Shown here in pieces: positions 8,602 through 18,361 of a stretch of DNA of 46,925 nt. The position numbers and the translations under genes were made by a program. Positions within the stretch are counted from its first letter, which is position 1. Each line of letters begins with the position of its first letter. The notes under the pieces are model-generated. The model saw only the letters and a program-made list of their open reading frames with translations. It was not told where the DNA came from and did no database searches. Location of the stretch: assembly GCA_037142195.1 (NCBI GenBank), contig JBAXBA010000021.1:1-46925 (forward strand). The letters run 5' to 3'. The stretch comes from Pseudomonadota bacterium. GTDB taxonomy: Bacteria > Bdellovibrionota_B > Oligoflexia > Oligoflexales > CAIMVM01.

Positions 8602-9402
8602 ATGAGCGTTACAGTAAACATGAAAGATCTTTTAGAGGCAGGAGTTCACTATGGCCACCAGTGTCGTAGATGGAACCCAAAAATGTCAAAATACATCTTT
8701 GGCAGCAGAAACGGCATCCATATTATTGACCTTCAACAAACAGTAACGGCATTTAAGAAAGCCTGTGACTTTTTGGAATCTGTTACAGCAACAGGTGGTC
8801 ATGTTCTTTTTGTTGGTACTAAGCGTCAATCTCAAGAAATTCTTGCAACAGAAGCTTTACGCTCTAAGCAATTCTTTGTAAATCACCGCTGGTTAGGTGG
8901 AACACTTACAAACTTCCAAACAGTAAAAGCTTCTATTCACTTACTTAAAAAATATGAAAAAGCGACTGTTGATGGAACGGTTTCAAAGCTTACGAAGAAA
9001 GAAGCTTTAAATCTATCCAGAGAGCGCGATAAGCTAGACAGAAACCTAGGCGGTATTAAAGACATGCCAGGTAGACCAAGAGCCGTATTCATTGCCGATG
9101 CTCACAAAGAGAGAATCGCCATTGAAGAAGCCCGTCGCCTTAAGATTCCTATTGTAGCGATTACTGATACCAATGCGGATCCAGATGGCATTGATTACCC
9201 AATTCCAGGAAACGATGACTCCATAAAGGCGATTCAATATTTCCTACAAACTGCTGCTGATGCTTGTCTTGCAGGTTCTACTCGCGGAAGAGACAAGTCT
9301 GAAATGGACCAAGGCACAACGTCACGTGCGACTAAGCCAGGCACCATTTATGACAAAGAAGGTCATGCGGTTAAGGTAGAAAAGAAGGAAGTTAAGAAGT
9401 AG
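8602..9402 (+). CDS. rpsB: 30S ribosomal protein S2
   Basis: LLEAGVHYGH, WNPKM, RWLGGTLTN and IPGNDD motifs. Confidence 0.98.
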   Translation: MSVTVNMKDLLEAGVHYGHQCRRWNPKMSKYIFGSRNGIHIIDLQQTVTAFKKACDFLESVTATGGHVLFVGTKRQSQEILATEALRSKQFFVNHRWLGGTLTNFQTVKASIHLLKKYEKATVDGTVSKLTKKEALNLSRERDKLDRNLGGIKDMPGRPRAVFIADAHKERIAIEEARRLKIPIVAITDTNADPDGIDYPIPGNDDSIKAIQYFLQTAADACLAGSTRGRDKSEMDQGTTSRATKPGTIYDKEGHAVKVEKKEVKK

Positions 9403-9430
9403 TTGGACGGATTTTATTGGACGGATTTTA
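9403..9430 (+). repeat. 14-bp perfect tandem duplication
   Basis: TTGGACGGATTTTA twice, immediately after the rpsB stop. Confidence 0.85.
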
Positions 9431-9477
9431 ATAGCACAGGTTTCTCAACGCCTGAATTTAAATTGGAGATGTAATCC

Positions 9478-10377
9478 ATGGCTCAAGTTACAGCAGATCT
9501 AGTAAAACAATTACGGGAACAAACCGGCGTTGGAATGATGGAGTGCAAAAAAGCACTTACTGAAAATGAAGGCAGCATTGAAAAAGCAGTGCTTTGGCTA
9601 AGAGAAAGAGGGCTTTCAAGAGCCGCTTCAAAGTCAGGCCGTACTACGGCTGAAGGCTCCGTCGGAGTTTTAGTCTCCGCAAATGGCAAGGAAGCGGTAT
9701 TGGTCGAAATGAACTGCGAAACGGATTTTTCAGCAAAGAATGCCGACTTCGTAAACTTTGTTTCTGAAATTACCAAGCTTGCATTAAGTTCCAAGGCAAC
9801 TTCTGTTGAAAAATTAGCAGCAATGTCTTTAAACGGAACGCCTGTAAGTGAAGTTTTGACTACACTTATTCAAAAAGTCGGCGAAAATATGCAACTTCGT
9901 CGCGTGAAGTATCTTTCCGTTCCTAACGGCTTGATCGCCGGTTACAGCCATATGGGTGGAAAAATTGGTACTCTAGCTGTATTTGAAGGTGAAGCTTCAG
10001 AAAAAGTTGCAGAAGTAGCCAAAGATGTCGCCATGCATATTGCAGCCGTAGCGCCTAAATATCTTAAGCGTGAAGACGTACCCAGCGTGGAAGTCGAAAT
10101 GGAAAAAGAGCTTTCTCGCAAGAAGCTTTTAGAAGAAGGCAAAGCTGCCGACAAGTTAGAGATGATTTTGACTGGCCAAGTTAACAAGTATTTCCAAGAG
10201 ATCTGCTTGGTGGACCAGCCGTTTGTCAAAGAACAGAAGTTAAGCGTTCTCAAGTATGTTCAAAGTACTGGCATCAAGGCGGATCTGACAGCATTTGCTC
10301 GCTTCCAACTCGGTGAAGGAATTGAACGCAACCAAGTTGACTTTGCGGCAGAAGTAGCGGCTCAGCTTAAGAATTAA
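9478..10377 (+). CDS. tsf: Elongation factor Ts
   Basis: VKQLREQTGVGMMECKKAL, EMNCETDF and AMHIAA motifs. Follows rpsB. Confidence 0.98.
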   Translation: MAQVTADLVKQLREQTGVGMMECKKALTENEGSIEKAVLWLRERGLSRAASKSGRTTAEGSVGVLVSANGKEAVLVEMNCETDFSAKNADFVNFVSEITKLALSSKATSVEKLAAMSLNGTPVSEVLTTLIQKVGENMQLRRVKYLSVPNGLIAGYSHMGGKIGTLAVFEGEASEKVAEVAKDVAMHIAAVAPKYLKREDVPSVEVEMEKELSRKKLLEEGKAADKLEMILTGQVNKYFQEICLVDQPFVKEQKLSVLKYVQSTGIKADLTAFARFQLGEGIERNQVDFAAEVAAQLKN

Positions 10378-10409
10378 TCTGAAAGTTCTTGAGACTCTCA
10401 ATTTTTATG

Positions 10410-10440
10410 AATAACCTCGTTTCCGACGAGGTTATTTATT
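10410..10440 (+). terminator. Intrinsic terminator after tsf
   Basis: 11-bp stem AATAACCTCGT/ACGAGGTTATT, loop TTCCG, T-rich tail. Confidence 0.75.
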
Positions 10441-10518
10441 ATCTGGCCTTGTCTGGGGGTGGGGTAAAGTATTAGAGTGAGAGTCGATGTTATGTAAAGA
10501 TTTAAAAAAGGATGGACC

Positions 10519-11232
10519 ATGCCCATAAAAAATCGCCGCGTCATGCTTAAACTTTCAGGAGAAATGCTTGGAGGGCCCAAAGCCAATGGAATAGACGAAG
10601 ATGCGATTTTCATGGTGGCTCAAGAAATTGCGAGCTTGAAGAAAGCGAAATATGAAGTTTCTTGTGTAATTGGAGGAGGAAACTTCTGGAGAGGTTCCTT
10701 AGCAGAAAACTTTGGTATGGATCGCCCCAGTGCTGACTACATGGGAATGTTGGCCACATGTATCAATGCCCTTGCCTTGCAAGCGGTCCTTGAGAATCGC
10801 TTTAGTTTACACACACGAGTTTTAACGGCTATAAAGATGATGGAGTTGGCTGAGCCTTATGTCAGACGCAAAGCTATGCGCCATCTTGAAAAAGATCGAA
10901 TTGTTATTTTTGCGGGTGGAACAGGCAATCCCTTATTTACTACCGATACAGCTGCGGCATTAAGAGCTCAAGAAATTGAGGCCAGCCTTATTCTAAAGGC
11001 CACCAAAGTCGATGGCATTTATGATTCTGATCCCATGAAAAATCCAAGCGCCAAAAAGTTTAACCGCTTAACCTATCTTGAAGTTATCGCAAAGCAATTG
11101 AAGGTTATGGATGCTACCGCGATTACGATGTGCATGGAAGCGGAGCTTCCCATTAAGGTCTTTAAACTTGATGAGCCAGGGTGTGTGTTAAGAGCCCTAG
11201 AAGACGATAGCGTGGGAACCCTAGTTCAGTAA
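10519..11232 (+). CDS. pyrH: UMP kinase
   Basis: LKLSGE, GGGNFWRG, DYMGMLAT and GTGNPLFTTDTAAALR motifs. Confidence 0.98.
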   Translation: MPIKNRRVMLKLSGEMLGGPKANGIDEDAIFMVAQEIASLKKAKYEVSCVIGGGNFWRGSLAENFGMDRPSADYMGMLATCINALALQAVLENRFSLHTRVLTAIKMMELAEPYVRRKAMRHLEKDRIVIFAGGTGNPLFTTDTAAALRAQEIEASLILKATKVDGIYDSDPMKNPSAKKFNRLTYLEVIAKQLKVMDATAITMCMEAELPIKVFKLDEPGCVLRALEDDSVGTLVQ

Positions 11233-11279
11233 TCCCTCGTTTCTATAATTTTAATTGAGCTGTTGTTTAGGAGATAAAG

Positions 11280-11834
11280 ATGACTGACTTTAATAAACTT
11301 TGTAAAGCAGAAATGGATAAGAAGCTTGTTGCTCTAGACCAGGACTTGGCCAGGGTAAGAACGGGACGAGCCTCAGTAACCCTTTTAGATGGCATTAAAG
11401 TCGACTTTTATGGAACTCCCACCCCCATCAATCAAGTCGCATCCATTTCTACGCCTGACGCCAGAACGATTGTGATTTCCCCGTTTGATAAAAAGTCGAT
11501 TCAAAACATTGAACGAGCGATTCAGGTGGCTGATGTAGGCATACAGCCAAACAATGATGGAAATGTCATTCGCCTTCCCGTCCCTCCCCTTAATGAGCAA
11601 CGTCGTAAAGACATCGCCAAACAAATCCACAAAATGGGCGAAGACGTTAAGGTTGCGGTTCGAAAAGTACGACAGGATTTAAATACGTCTGTAAAAAAAG
11701 AAGAAAAAGACAAGATTCTTTCCGAAGATGATTCTAAAAAAGCCCAAGAGCTGATTCAAAAAAATACCGACGCCTATTGCAAGCAGATTGATGAAAAGGT
11801 CGCAAAAAAAGAAAAAGAAATTTTAACGATGTAA
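11280..11834 (+). CDS. frr: Ribosome recycling factor
   Basis: RTGRAS, YGTPTPINQVA and IRLPVPPL motifs. Follows pyrH. Confidence 0.97.
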   Translation: MTDFNKLCKAEMDKKLVALDQDLARVRTGRASVTLLDGIKVDFYGTPTPINQVASISTPDARTIVISPFDKKSIQNIERAIQVADVGIQPNNDGNVIRLPVPPLNEQRRKDIAKQIHKMGEDVKVAVRKVRQDLNTSVKKEEKDKILSEDDSKKAQELIQKNTDAYCKQIDEKVAKKEKEILTM

Positions 11835-11849
11835 TCGTGTTTCCTATGG

Positions 11850-11907
11850 GCTCTGCTTCTCTTTTCCTTTTCGAGGGCCAGAGAAGTAGGGCGAAACCTA
11901 TTTCTTT
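11850..11907 (+). terminator. Long hairpin after frr
   Basis: GCTCTGCTTCTCT pairs with AGAGAAGTAGGGC around a CCTT-TTCG-AGGG apical hairpin. TTTCTTT follows shortly after. Confidence 0.55.
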
Positions 11908-12325
11908 GGGTTTCATGCTCCTCAAAACTCACGATCGCTGTCGGATTCAAACCGAGTCGCTTGATGCATTCGATATTGGTGTATATCAATGACTTCACTG
12001 ATGTAAGACAAAGTGAACGGGGAGCTATGATTTTGAATCAAAAATGAAAATGTCAAATTGTTTTGGTGGTAGGATGGCTCAGACTTTTAGCTAGAAGATA
12101 ATGGATGACTTACAATGGTAAGTTTTACTAGTCGCATAAAGAAAGGCTCTACTTTATCCGGGAAACCCCAATTTGAGCTGAAAAGGCTGTAGGGTTTTCA
12201 TTTGGAGTTCGTGAAAAGATCCATGAAAAGTTTGTGAGAGTGGAAGAATTTTTTGCCAGCTTGCCTTGCACTCATAAAAGTAGGAATTGGGCAACCACTT
12301 CTGGGAGTTAATAGGTCTTTGGATG

Positions 12326-12360
12326 TGCGACTTTAAAAAGCGCGACCTTAAAAAGTGCGA
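12326..12360 (+). repeat. 15-bp imperfect tandem repeat
   Basis: TGCGACTTTAAAAAG, CGCGACCTTAAAAAG, then partial TGCGA. Confidence 0.7.
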
Positions 12361-12592
12361 TAAAGCAAAACTCAGCCGTCACATGGAAACCTTGATTTAC
12401 CAGTCACTTTCTTCGTCCCTTCCATTCTTTGCTAATCCGGGCAAGTTTGGTCCTTACCCAGAGTTTAAGAGGTTCAGGGCTTGGTGAAAAATGACTTAAG
12501 AGCTTATGTGCCGCCTTTGTAATTGGCGGATCCATTCATAAGCTCTTTTACTTTGTGTTTTGGCAATTCTGAATAGCAGCGTGTCTTAGACT

Positions 12593-13813
12593 TTAGGTGG
12601 GCTGCCTTTTAAAATCAGCCATCGTTCCATTCACGAAGCCTATTTTTCTTTTTTTGAGGCGCTCTACCAAGGTAGTACGGTTTAGGCCTAAAAGTTTAGC
12701 GGCTTGATTTTTATTGTTTCCGGTACGCTCTAATGCCTGGATGATCAAAGTGTTTTCAATCATCTCCATCAAAACTTGTAAATCGACCCCTTCAGTGGGA
12801 AGGGAAACTTTGCCCTCACTTGAAGTGATGACCATGAGCGAGGTGGCGTCGAAGGTTTCAAAGAGAGGTGTGGGCATATTGTTGGTGGTCTGAGAGGAAC
12901 TTTCTATGACTGAAAATTCAGCTGTAGGACTTTGTTGGGCCGGTTGATGGGAGTCCAAAATCTCTCTAGGTAGCTCGGATGCTCCGATCATTCCACCGCC
13001 AGACAATACGACTGCTCTTTCGACGACGTTTTGAAGTTCCCTGACATTTCCTGGCCATCGGTAGTTATGTAGAATTTTGAGGGCATCATTTGTAAATTGG
13101 CAAGGTTCGTCCATGCCATGGTCTATGCTTGCTTTGACAAGGAAATGGCTCAGAAGGGCCATGATATCCCCGCCTCGTTCTCGAAGCGGCGCCATAAAGA
13201 CAGGAAGGACGTTGAGGCGATAGAAGAGATCTTCCCTAAACTTGCCATTTTGAACAGCTCTTACGAGGTCCACATTGGTGGCGGCAATAATACGAACATC
13301 AGCTTCCAGCGGGTGATTTCCCCCCAAAGGAGAATATCTTTTTTCTTGAAGGACTCTTAATAGCTTTACTTGGAGTCGAAGGGGCATATCTCCAATTTCG
13401 TCAAGAAAAATGGTCCCTCGATGTGCTTCGCCAAAGTAGCCCAGGCGTTTTCGATCGGCACCAGTAAAGGCACCTTTTTCGTAACCGAAAAGTTCTGCTT
13501 CTAAGAGATCTTCAGGAATGGCACCGCAGTTGATAGCGATGTAACGGTTTACAGCCCTTTGGGAGAGGCGGTGGATTGCCGAAGCAATCAATTCTTTGCC
13601 GGTTCCCGATTCCCCTAACAAAAGCACGGCCCCATTGGACTTAGCAATTTTCAATACAGCTTCCAGGGTGTCAACCATTACTGGACTTCTGCCTATAATT
13701 TCTGGAAATGCCTCAAAAACTGAAGTGCGTGTGGGAGCAGCCGCATCCTCAAGAAGCATCGCTCTGGCATCAAAGCCTTGCATCCCGGGTACTCTTGCAC
13801 TTAGTTCATTCAT
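12593..13813 (-). CDS. sigma54-dependent transcriptional activator (AAA+ and Fis-type HTH), no N-terminal sensor domain
   Basis: GESGTGKE, GAFTGA, FLDEIG, FREDLFYRL, WPGNVRELQN and C-terminal NKNQAAKLLGLNRTTL. Only ~38 aa precede the AAA+ domain. Confidence 0.93.
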   Translation of the reverse strand: MNELSARVPGMQGFDARAMLLEDAAAPTRTSVFEAFPEIIGRSPVMVDTLEAVLKIAKSNGAVLLLGESGTGKELIASAIHRLSQRAVNRYIAINCGAIPEDLLEAELFGYEKGAFTGADRKRLGYFGEAHRGTIFLDEIGDMPLRLQVKLLRVLQEKRYSPLGGNHPLEADVRIIAATNVDLVRAVQNGKFREDLFYRLNVLPVFMAPLRERGGDIMALLSHFLVKASIDHGMDEPCQFTNDALKILHNYRWPGNVRELQNVVERAVVLSGGGMIGASELPREILDSHQPAQQSPTAEFSVIESSSQTTNNMPTPLFETFDATSLMVITSSEGKVSLPTEGVDLQVLMEMIENTLIIQALERTGNNKNQAAKLLGLNRTTLVERLKKRKIGFVNGTMADFKRQPT

Positions 13814-14174
13814 CGAAGACGATTCCTCCAGCAGGCTAGGTCATAAAGGTGAAAGAGTTAAAGCATGATCGGCGGGTTTAAAGCAGGCAAGGGCCAAAAC
13901 CTCGTCCCCAGAAGTGGTCGGGCGAGAGTCGCTGCATTTTGATGTCTCTAGGTAATTGTTTCATATTTAAAGTATAGCTGACTCGTGCCATAGCCACCAA
14001 AAAGTAGATCAATATAAGTGGAATAACGGATAGGAAAGAGACTTCTAACCTAGATTCACTATTGAGAAATGTGGTACGAATTCAAACATGTGAAACACGT
14101 AATTATCAAACTCGATAAAATGGAAGGCATTTTTTTTTAGGACTGCTAAACTGTGCACGAAAAGGGAAACATTA

Positions 14175-15260
14175 ATGAATGTTAAGACGGCTCTAGTTCA
14201 CGATTGGTTGGTCACTTGGCGAGGCGGCGAAAAGGTTCTTCTCGAACTTGCCCGACTTTATCCAGAGGCGCCCATTTATACGCTTTTTTTAGATCGAGAG
14301 TGTCTTCCTGACGAGCTTAAGGTGCGTGATATTAGGGTGTTAAAACAACTTAGTAGGTGGACTCGCTTTAGAAAAGCATTGCTTCCCATTTTGCCCTTGG
14401 CCATAGAGTCTTTTGATTTTTCTGAATATGATCTCCTCATTTCCACGTCTTCCTGTGTCGCGAAAGGGGCTAAAAAGCCTGCTCACGGGAGGCATCTGTG
14501 TTATATCCACTCACCCATGCGCTACGCCTGGGACCAAAAAAGAGAGTATTTTGGGCGTTTCCTTGATTTTCCCGTAGTTGGCTGGTTGATAGAGTGGGGC
14601 CTTTCCCGCTTGCGAAAGTGGGATGTGGCTTCGGCTGAGAGAGTCGATGTTTTTGTAGCAAACTCCGGGTTTGTAGCGGGGCGCGTGAAAGCTTATTACG
14701 GTCGCGATGCGGTAGTGGTTCATCCTCCCATTGATCTCCAGGGGTTTCCTAAAAAGGATCAAATCGGCGACTATTTCTTGGTTGCCGGAGCTTTGGTGCC
14801 TTATAAAAGATTTGATCTTGCTATAAAAGCAGCTGAGACTTTGGGAGTCAGGTTGATTGTGGCTGGATCTGGGCCCGAGGAGCTCAAGCTTCGAGCGCTT
14901 GCTGGGCCCTCGACAGAGTTTCGGATGGGTCCGAATCAGGCGGAATGGGTATCACTGCTTCAAAATGCCCGAGCCTTGCTTTTCCCAGGGGTCGAGGATT
15001 TTGGAATGATTGCAATCGAAGCCATGTCGTGTGGCACACCCGTCATAGCTTCAAAGGCTGGTGGGGCCCTAGATTTTATTGTGGAAGGGGTAACCGGCGT
15101 TTTTTTTGAGCCTGGCAATCAAAGCTCACTCGAAGCCGTCCTACAGCAATTTGATGAAAGGCGTTTTAATACTGAGAAAATCTCGGAGTATGCCTTGGGT
15201 TATTCTTTGAATGGCTTTAAAGTTAAGATGCAGGATCAGATAAAAAAGTTGATGGAGTAG
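14175..15260 (+). CDS. Glycosyltransferase family 4
   Basis: ALVHDWL..RGGEKV, CYIHSPMRYAW and EDFGMIAIEAMSCGTPVIA (EX7E) motifs. Confidence 0.93.
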   Translation: MNVKTALVHDWLVTWRGGEKVLLELARLYPEAPIYTLFLDRECLPDELKVRDIRVLKQLSRWTRFRKALLPILPLAIESFDFSEYDLLISTSSCVAKGAKKPAHGRHLCYIHSPMRYAWDQKREYFGRFLDFPVVGWLIEWGLSRLRKWDVASAERVDVFVANSGFVAGRVKAYYGRDAVVVHPPIDLQGFPKKDQIGDYFLVAGALVPYKRFDLAIKAAETLGVRLIVAGSGPEELKLRALAGPSTEFRMGPNQAEWVSLLQNARALLFPGVEDFGMIAIEAMSCGTPVIASKAGGALDFIVEGVTGVFFEPGNQSSLEAVLQQFDERRFNTEKISEYALGYSLNGFKVKMQDQIKKLME

Positions 15261-15263
15261 GTC

Positions 15264-16655
15264 TTGAATCGAGAAGCAAAAAATACTTTGATAACGTTTC
15301 GCATTCTTATGGATCTCGCGGCCGTGACTGTCGCTTGGCTAGGAAGCTTCTTTGTTCGCTTTACTCCTATTTTTCCGGCCCCTAAGGGCATTCCAGATCT
15401 AGAACTCTATGCGAAGCTCATTCCCTTTTTATGGGTATTAACGGTGCTGTCTTTTACTCTGACTGGGCACTACCAAAGAACGGGAAAACATCGAACTCCT
15501 TTACTGGAATCCGTTGATCTTATTCCCGCTTCTATCCTCCTTTCTGTGAGTTTTGTGGCATTTTCTTATTTTTATGAAGAGTATCGCTACTCAAGGGGAG
15601 TGACCTTAGTTTTTATGGCCCTCTCGCCCATTCTCTTGGTGACCGGGAGAAGTTTGATTCGCAAGTTCTTTAGAGCTTGGCAAAAATCCAAAGACCCGGT
15701 TAGGGTCCTCGTCATTACGGATCAGGATCTTGTGGCATCAGCCTTGTCTATTATGGAAACTTCTGATTTGAGATCTTATCGAGTTGCTAAAGTCATCTCC
15801 ACGGGCGAACCCTTTACAAGTGGAGCAGTAAAGTCCGAGTCGATTCCTGAGTCGTGGATTGATTATCTTGCGCTTCATCGCATTGAGTCCGTGATTGTGG
15901 CGGTTCCCAATGCCGGCTTTGAAAAATTAAGTCAAGGCCTTGGGGTCATGGCAAATCAGGTCGGAAGTTTGAGGATTATTCCAGATGTTCTCAAGTACAC
16001 GAAGTTTACTCCTGGTATCGACTTGATTAAAGGATATCCGGTCGTATCCCTTCATGAAAGCCCACTTTCTGGCTCGGGGTATGTGGCTAAGAGACTTTTT
16101 GATATTTTCGGCGCCATTGTGGCACTCACGCTGTTTTCTCCCATTATGATTTTTCTTTCCTTTTTAGTTCCCCTGAGCTCTCGCGGCCCCATTCTCTATC
16201 GGCAGCAGCGTATGGGATTAGATGGAAAGCCGTTTGATATTTTAAAGTTTAGATCCATGCCTTTAGACGCTGAAAAGAAGACAGGGGCTGTCTGGGCTCA
16301 GCCTACTGATAATCGAGCCACCAAGTTAGGAAGTTTTATGAGAAAAACCTCCCTTGATGAACTCCCCCAATTGCTGAATGTCTTAAAGGGCGAGATGAGT
16401 CTGGTAGGACCTCGACCTGAAAGACCTGTTTTTGTCGATCAATTTCGCAGAGAAATTCCAGGTTACATGCTACGCCATAAAGTCAAAGCAGGCATCACCG
16501 GTTGGGCCCAGGTCAACGGCTGGCGCGGTGACACAAGCTTGGAAAAGCGCATAGAATTTGATTTATACTATATTCAAAATTGGTCGATCCTTCTGGATGC
16601 AAAAATCATTTTGATGACATTCATCAGTGGTTTTATAAATAAAAATGCCTATTAA
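15264..16655 (+). CDS. Undecaprenyl-phosphate glucose phosphotransferase (WcaJ-like)
   Basis: N-terminal TM helices, KRLFDI, KFRSM, SLDELPQLLNV, MSLVGPRP and GITGWAQVNG motifs. Confidence 0.93.
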   Translation: MNREAKNTLITFRILMDLAAVTVAWLGSFFVRFTPIFPAPKGIPDLELYAKLIPFLWVLTVLSFTLTGHYQRTGKHRTPLLESVDLIPASILLSVSFVAFSYFYEEYRYSRGVTLVFMALSPILLVTGRSLIRKFFRAWQKSKDPVRVLVITDQDLVASALSIMETSDLRSYRVAKVISTGEPFTSGAVKSESIPESWIDYLALHRIESVIVAVPNAGFEKLSQGLGVMANQVGSLRIIPDVLKYTKFTPGIDLIKGYPVVSLHESPLSGSGYVAKRLFDIFGAIVALTLFSPIMIFLSFLVPLSSRGPILYRQQRMGLDGKPFDILKFRSMPLDAEKKTGAVWAQPTDNRATKLGSFMRKTSLDELPQLLNVLKGEMSLVGPRPERPVFVDQFRREIPGYMLRHKVKAGITGWAQVNGWRGDTSLEKRIEFDLYYIQNWSILLDAKIILMTFISGFINKNAY

Positions 16656-16859
16656 CTTATCATTTTTCTGATCTAGTCCTTTTCTCGGGATTTATCCGTA
16701 TCTATCAGAGTCCCATTCCAGGGACATGACGGTTTCTAAAACTCTGCGGTGAGTGGAGACGAGTAAGCCTGGCTGCCGACTGCAGGCATGAAGCTGCCTT
16801 TGACTTAGCAGTGGTCCTCGCCACGGAGTCACTGACTGACGATTTCCGTGAGTGCGTAG

Positions 16860-17144
16860 CTAGTCTATGACAACATCAGTCTTTAGGTCGAGGTTTGAGG
16901 CGAGGGTTGGATTTAAGAGTCTCAGAGAGTTAGTTTGAACTTTTTTTTCTCTTGCCAACAACATGGCAATGAGATCTTCTTCCGTCTTTTTGCTTTTGGG
17001 GGCAAGTAAGCGGGCGAGGCCAGCGTAAATCAAGGCCAGTAAACATGCAAAAGCTGCGATAAGACTCGCTGTTGCAAACCAGTTTAGATGTTCATTCCAC
17101 TTAAATGAGGACAAATTTTGAATCCAAGGTTTTAGAAAATTCAT
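16860..17144 (-). CDS. Small hypothetical membrane protein
   Basis: One hydrophobic segment (WFATASLIAAFACLLALIYAGL) followed by basic residues. GGGGG upstream of ATG 17144. Confidence 0.55.
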   Translation of the reverse strand: MNFLKPWIQNLSSFKWNEHLNWFATASLIAAFACLLALIYAGLARLLAPKSKKTEEDLIAMLLAREKKVQTNSLRLLNPTLASNLDLKTDVVID

Positions 17145-17272
17145 ATCTCGTACCCCCAAAAAACCAAAGTTTCCACTTCTTGGTGGAACCTCACTATTTT
17201 AAACCGACTTGAGCTGATTTATAAGTGTGGATTCAGGGAAGCTACTTTGATAGGTTTCCCTGGCAAAGTGAC

Positions 17273-18349
17273 ATGAGGTTTAAATTGAACGTAAAGCGCA
17301 TTCTAGGTGAATTAGCCGGAGCCTCCTTAAGAGTTCTTCCTGCCGAAATGGCCCATGACCTCGGGATGTTGATTTTAAAACATCGACTGGCGCGATTCCT
17401 CCCGAGACCCGCGGACACCCTGGCGGTTCCCCATGATCTAGATCTCCATATAAAGATTCCAGGATGGGGAGACCTGGCTCACCCCATTGGTCTTGCGGCC
17501 GGTTTTGACAAGAATGCGATTGCCCTTAAGGGGTTTGAGGATCTTGGGTTTTCTTTTCTAGAGGTGGGAACCGTTACCCCCATAGCTCAGCCTGGAAATC
17601 CCAAACCACGCATGTTTCGGTCTAAGTCTGAGTACTCCCTGATCAATCGCATGGGATTTAATAACGACGGTCATCGAGCGGTCTATGACCGTGTCGAAGG
17701 TTCTCCATTAACAATTCCGGTGGGAGTCAACCTCGGAAAAAATAAGCAAACGCTTACCGAGCATGCGATTTCAGACTATTTGAAAGGTTTGATTCACTTT
17801 AAGAACTTAGGGTCCTATATTGTGATCAATATCAGCTCCCCGAATACTCCAGGGCTTAGAGAGCTAGCGAACCCCGAGTTTATCCGTAGGCTTAAGAGTG
17901 AAATTGAGATGCAAGTTCCCGAGCTTCTTAAAAAAATATGGATCAAGTTAGATCCCGATCTACCCAGGAAAGAATTTATATCCCTGATCGAAACCATCAC
18001 CGAGGAACGCTTTGCGGGGCTTATTTTAAGCAATACGCACCGCGTTACATGGCCAGAAGCCGGCGGGATGAGCGGGCATGTCCTGTCTCACTTGTCTTCA
18101 GAGCGCATGACTTGGGCCTATGAGGTTCATCGGGGGGCACTGCCCATGATCGGGTCTGGGGGGGTTATGTCGGGAATTGATGTTTTTCATAAGCTCGCGC
18201 GAGGGGCCAGTGCGGTGCAAATCTATACAGCCCTTGTCTATCGGGGGCCTTGGGCCGTTTTACATATGCTGGAAGAGTTCAAGGCAGAAATGCTCCTTCA
18301 TGGATATACGAGAGCGTCCGATGTCATAGGGTGCCATTATAGGGATTAG
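17273..18349 (+). CDS. pyrD: Quinone-dependent dihydroorotate dehydrogenase
   Basis: GLAAGFDKN, QPGNPKPRMFR, INRMGFNN, NISSPNTPGLR and QIYTALVY motifs. Exact start uncertain (17273 or TTG 17285). Confidence 0.96.
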   Translation: MRFKLNVKRILGELAGASLRVLPAEMAHDLGMLILKHRLARFLPRPADTLAVPHDLDLHIKIPGWGDLAHPIGLAAGFDKNAIALKGFEDLGFSFLEVGTVTPIAQPGNPKPRMFRSKSEYSLINRMGFNNDGHRAVYDRVEGSPLTIPVGVNLGKNKQTLTEHAISDYLKGLIHFKNLGSYIVINISSPNTPGLRELANPEFIRRLKSEIEMQVPELLKKIWIKLDPDLPRKEFISLIETITEERFAGLILSNTHRVTWPEAGGMSGHVLSHLSSERMTWAYEVHRGALPMIGSGGVMSGIDVFHKLARGASAVQIYTALVYRGPWAVLHMLEEFKAEMLLHGYTRASDVIGCHYRD

Positions 18350-18361
18350 GGGGAGTGAGTC

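Noticed and set aside
13975..13990. sigma54 promoter TGGCACG on the minus strand upstream of the activator
   Set aside because: Only 9 nt separate GG and GC (10 required) and TTGC is missing.
16692..16862. Stop-codon readthrough: 55 open codons after the TAG of the small membrane protein
   Set aside because: TAG is a normal stop in rpsB, pyrD and others. A second frame is open for a similar length, and the extension resembles no known protein.
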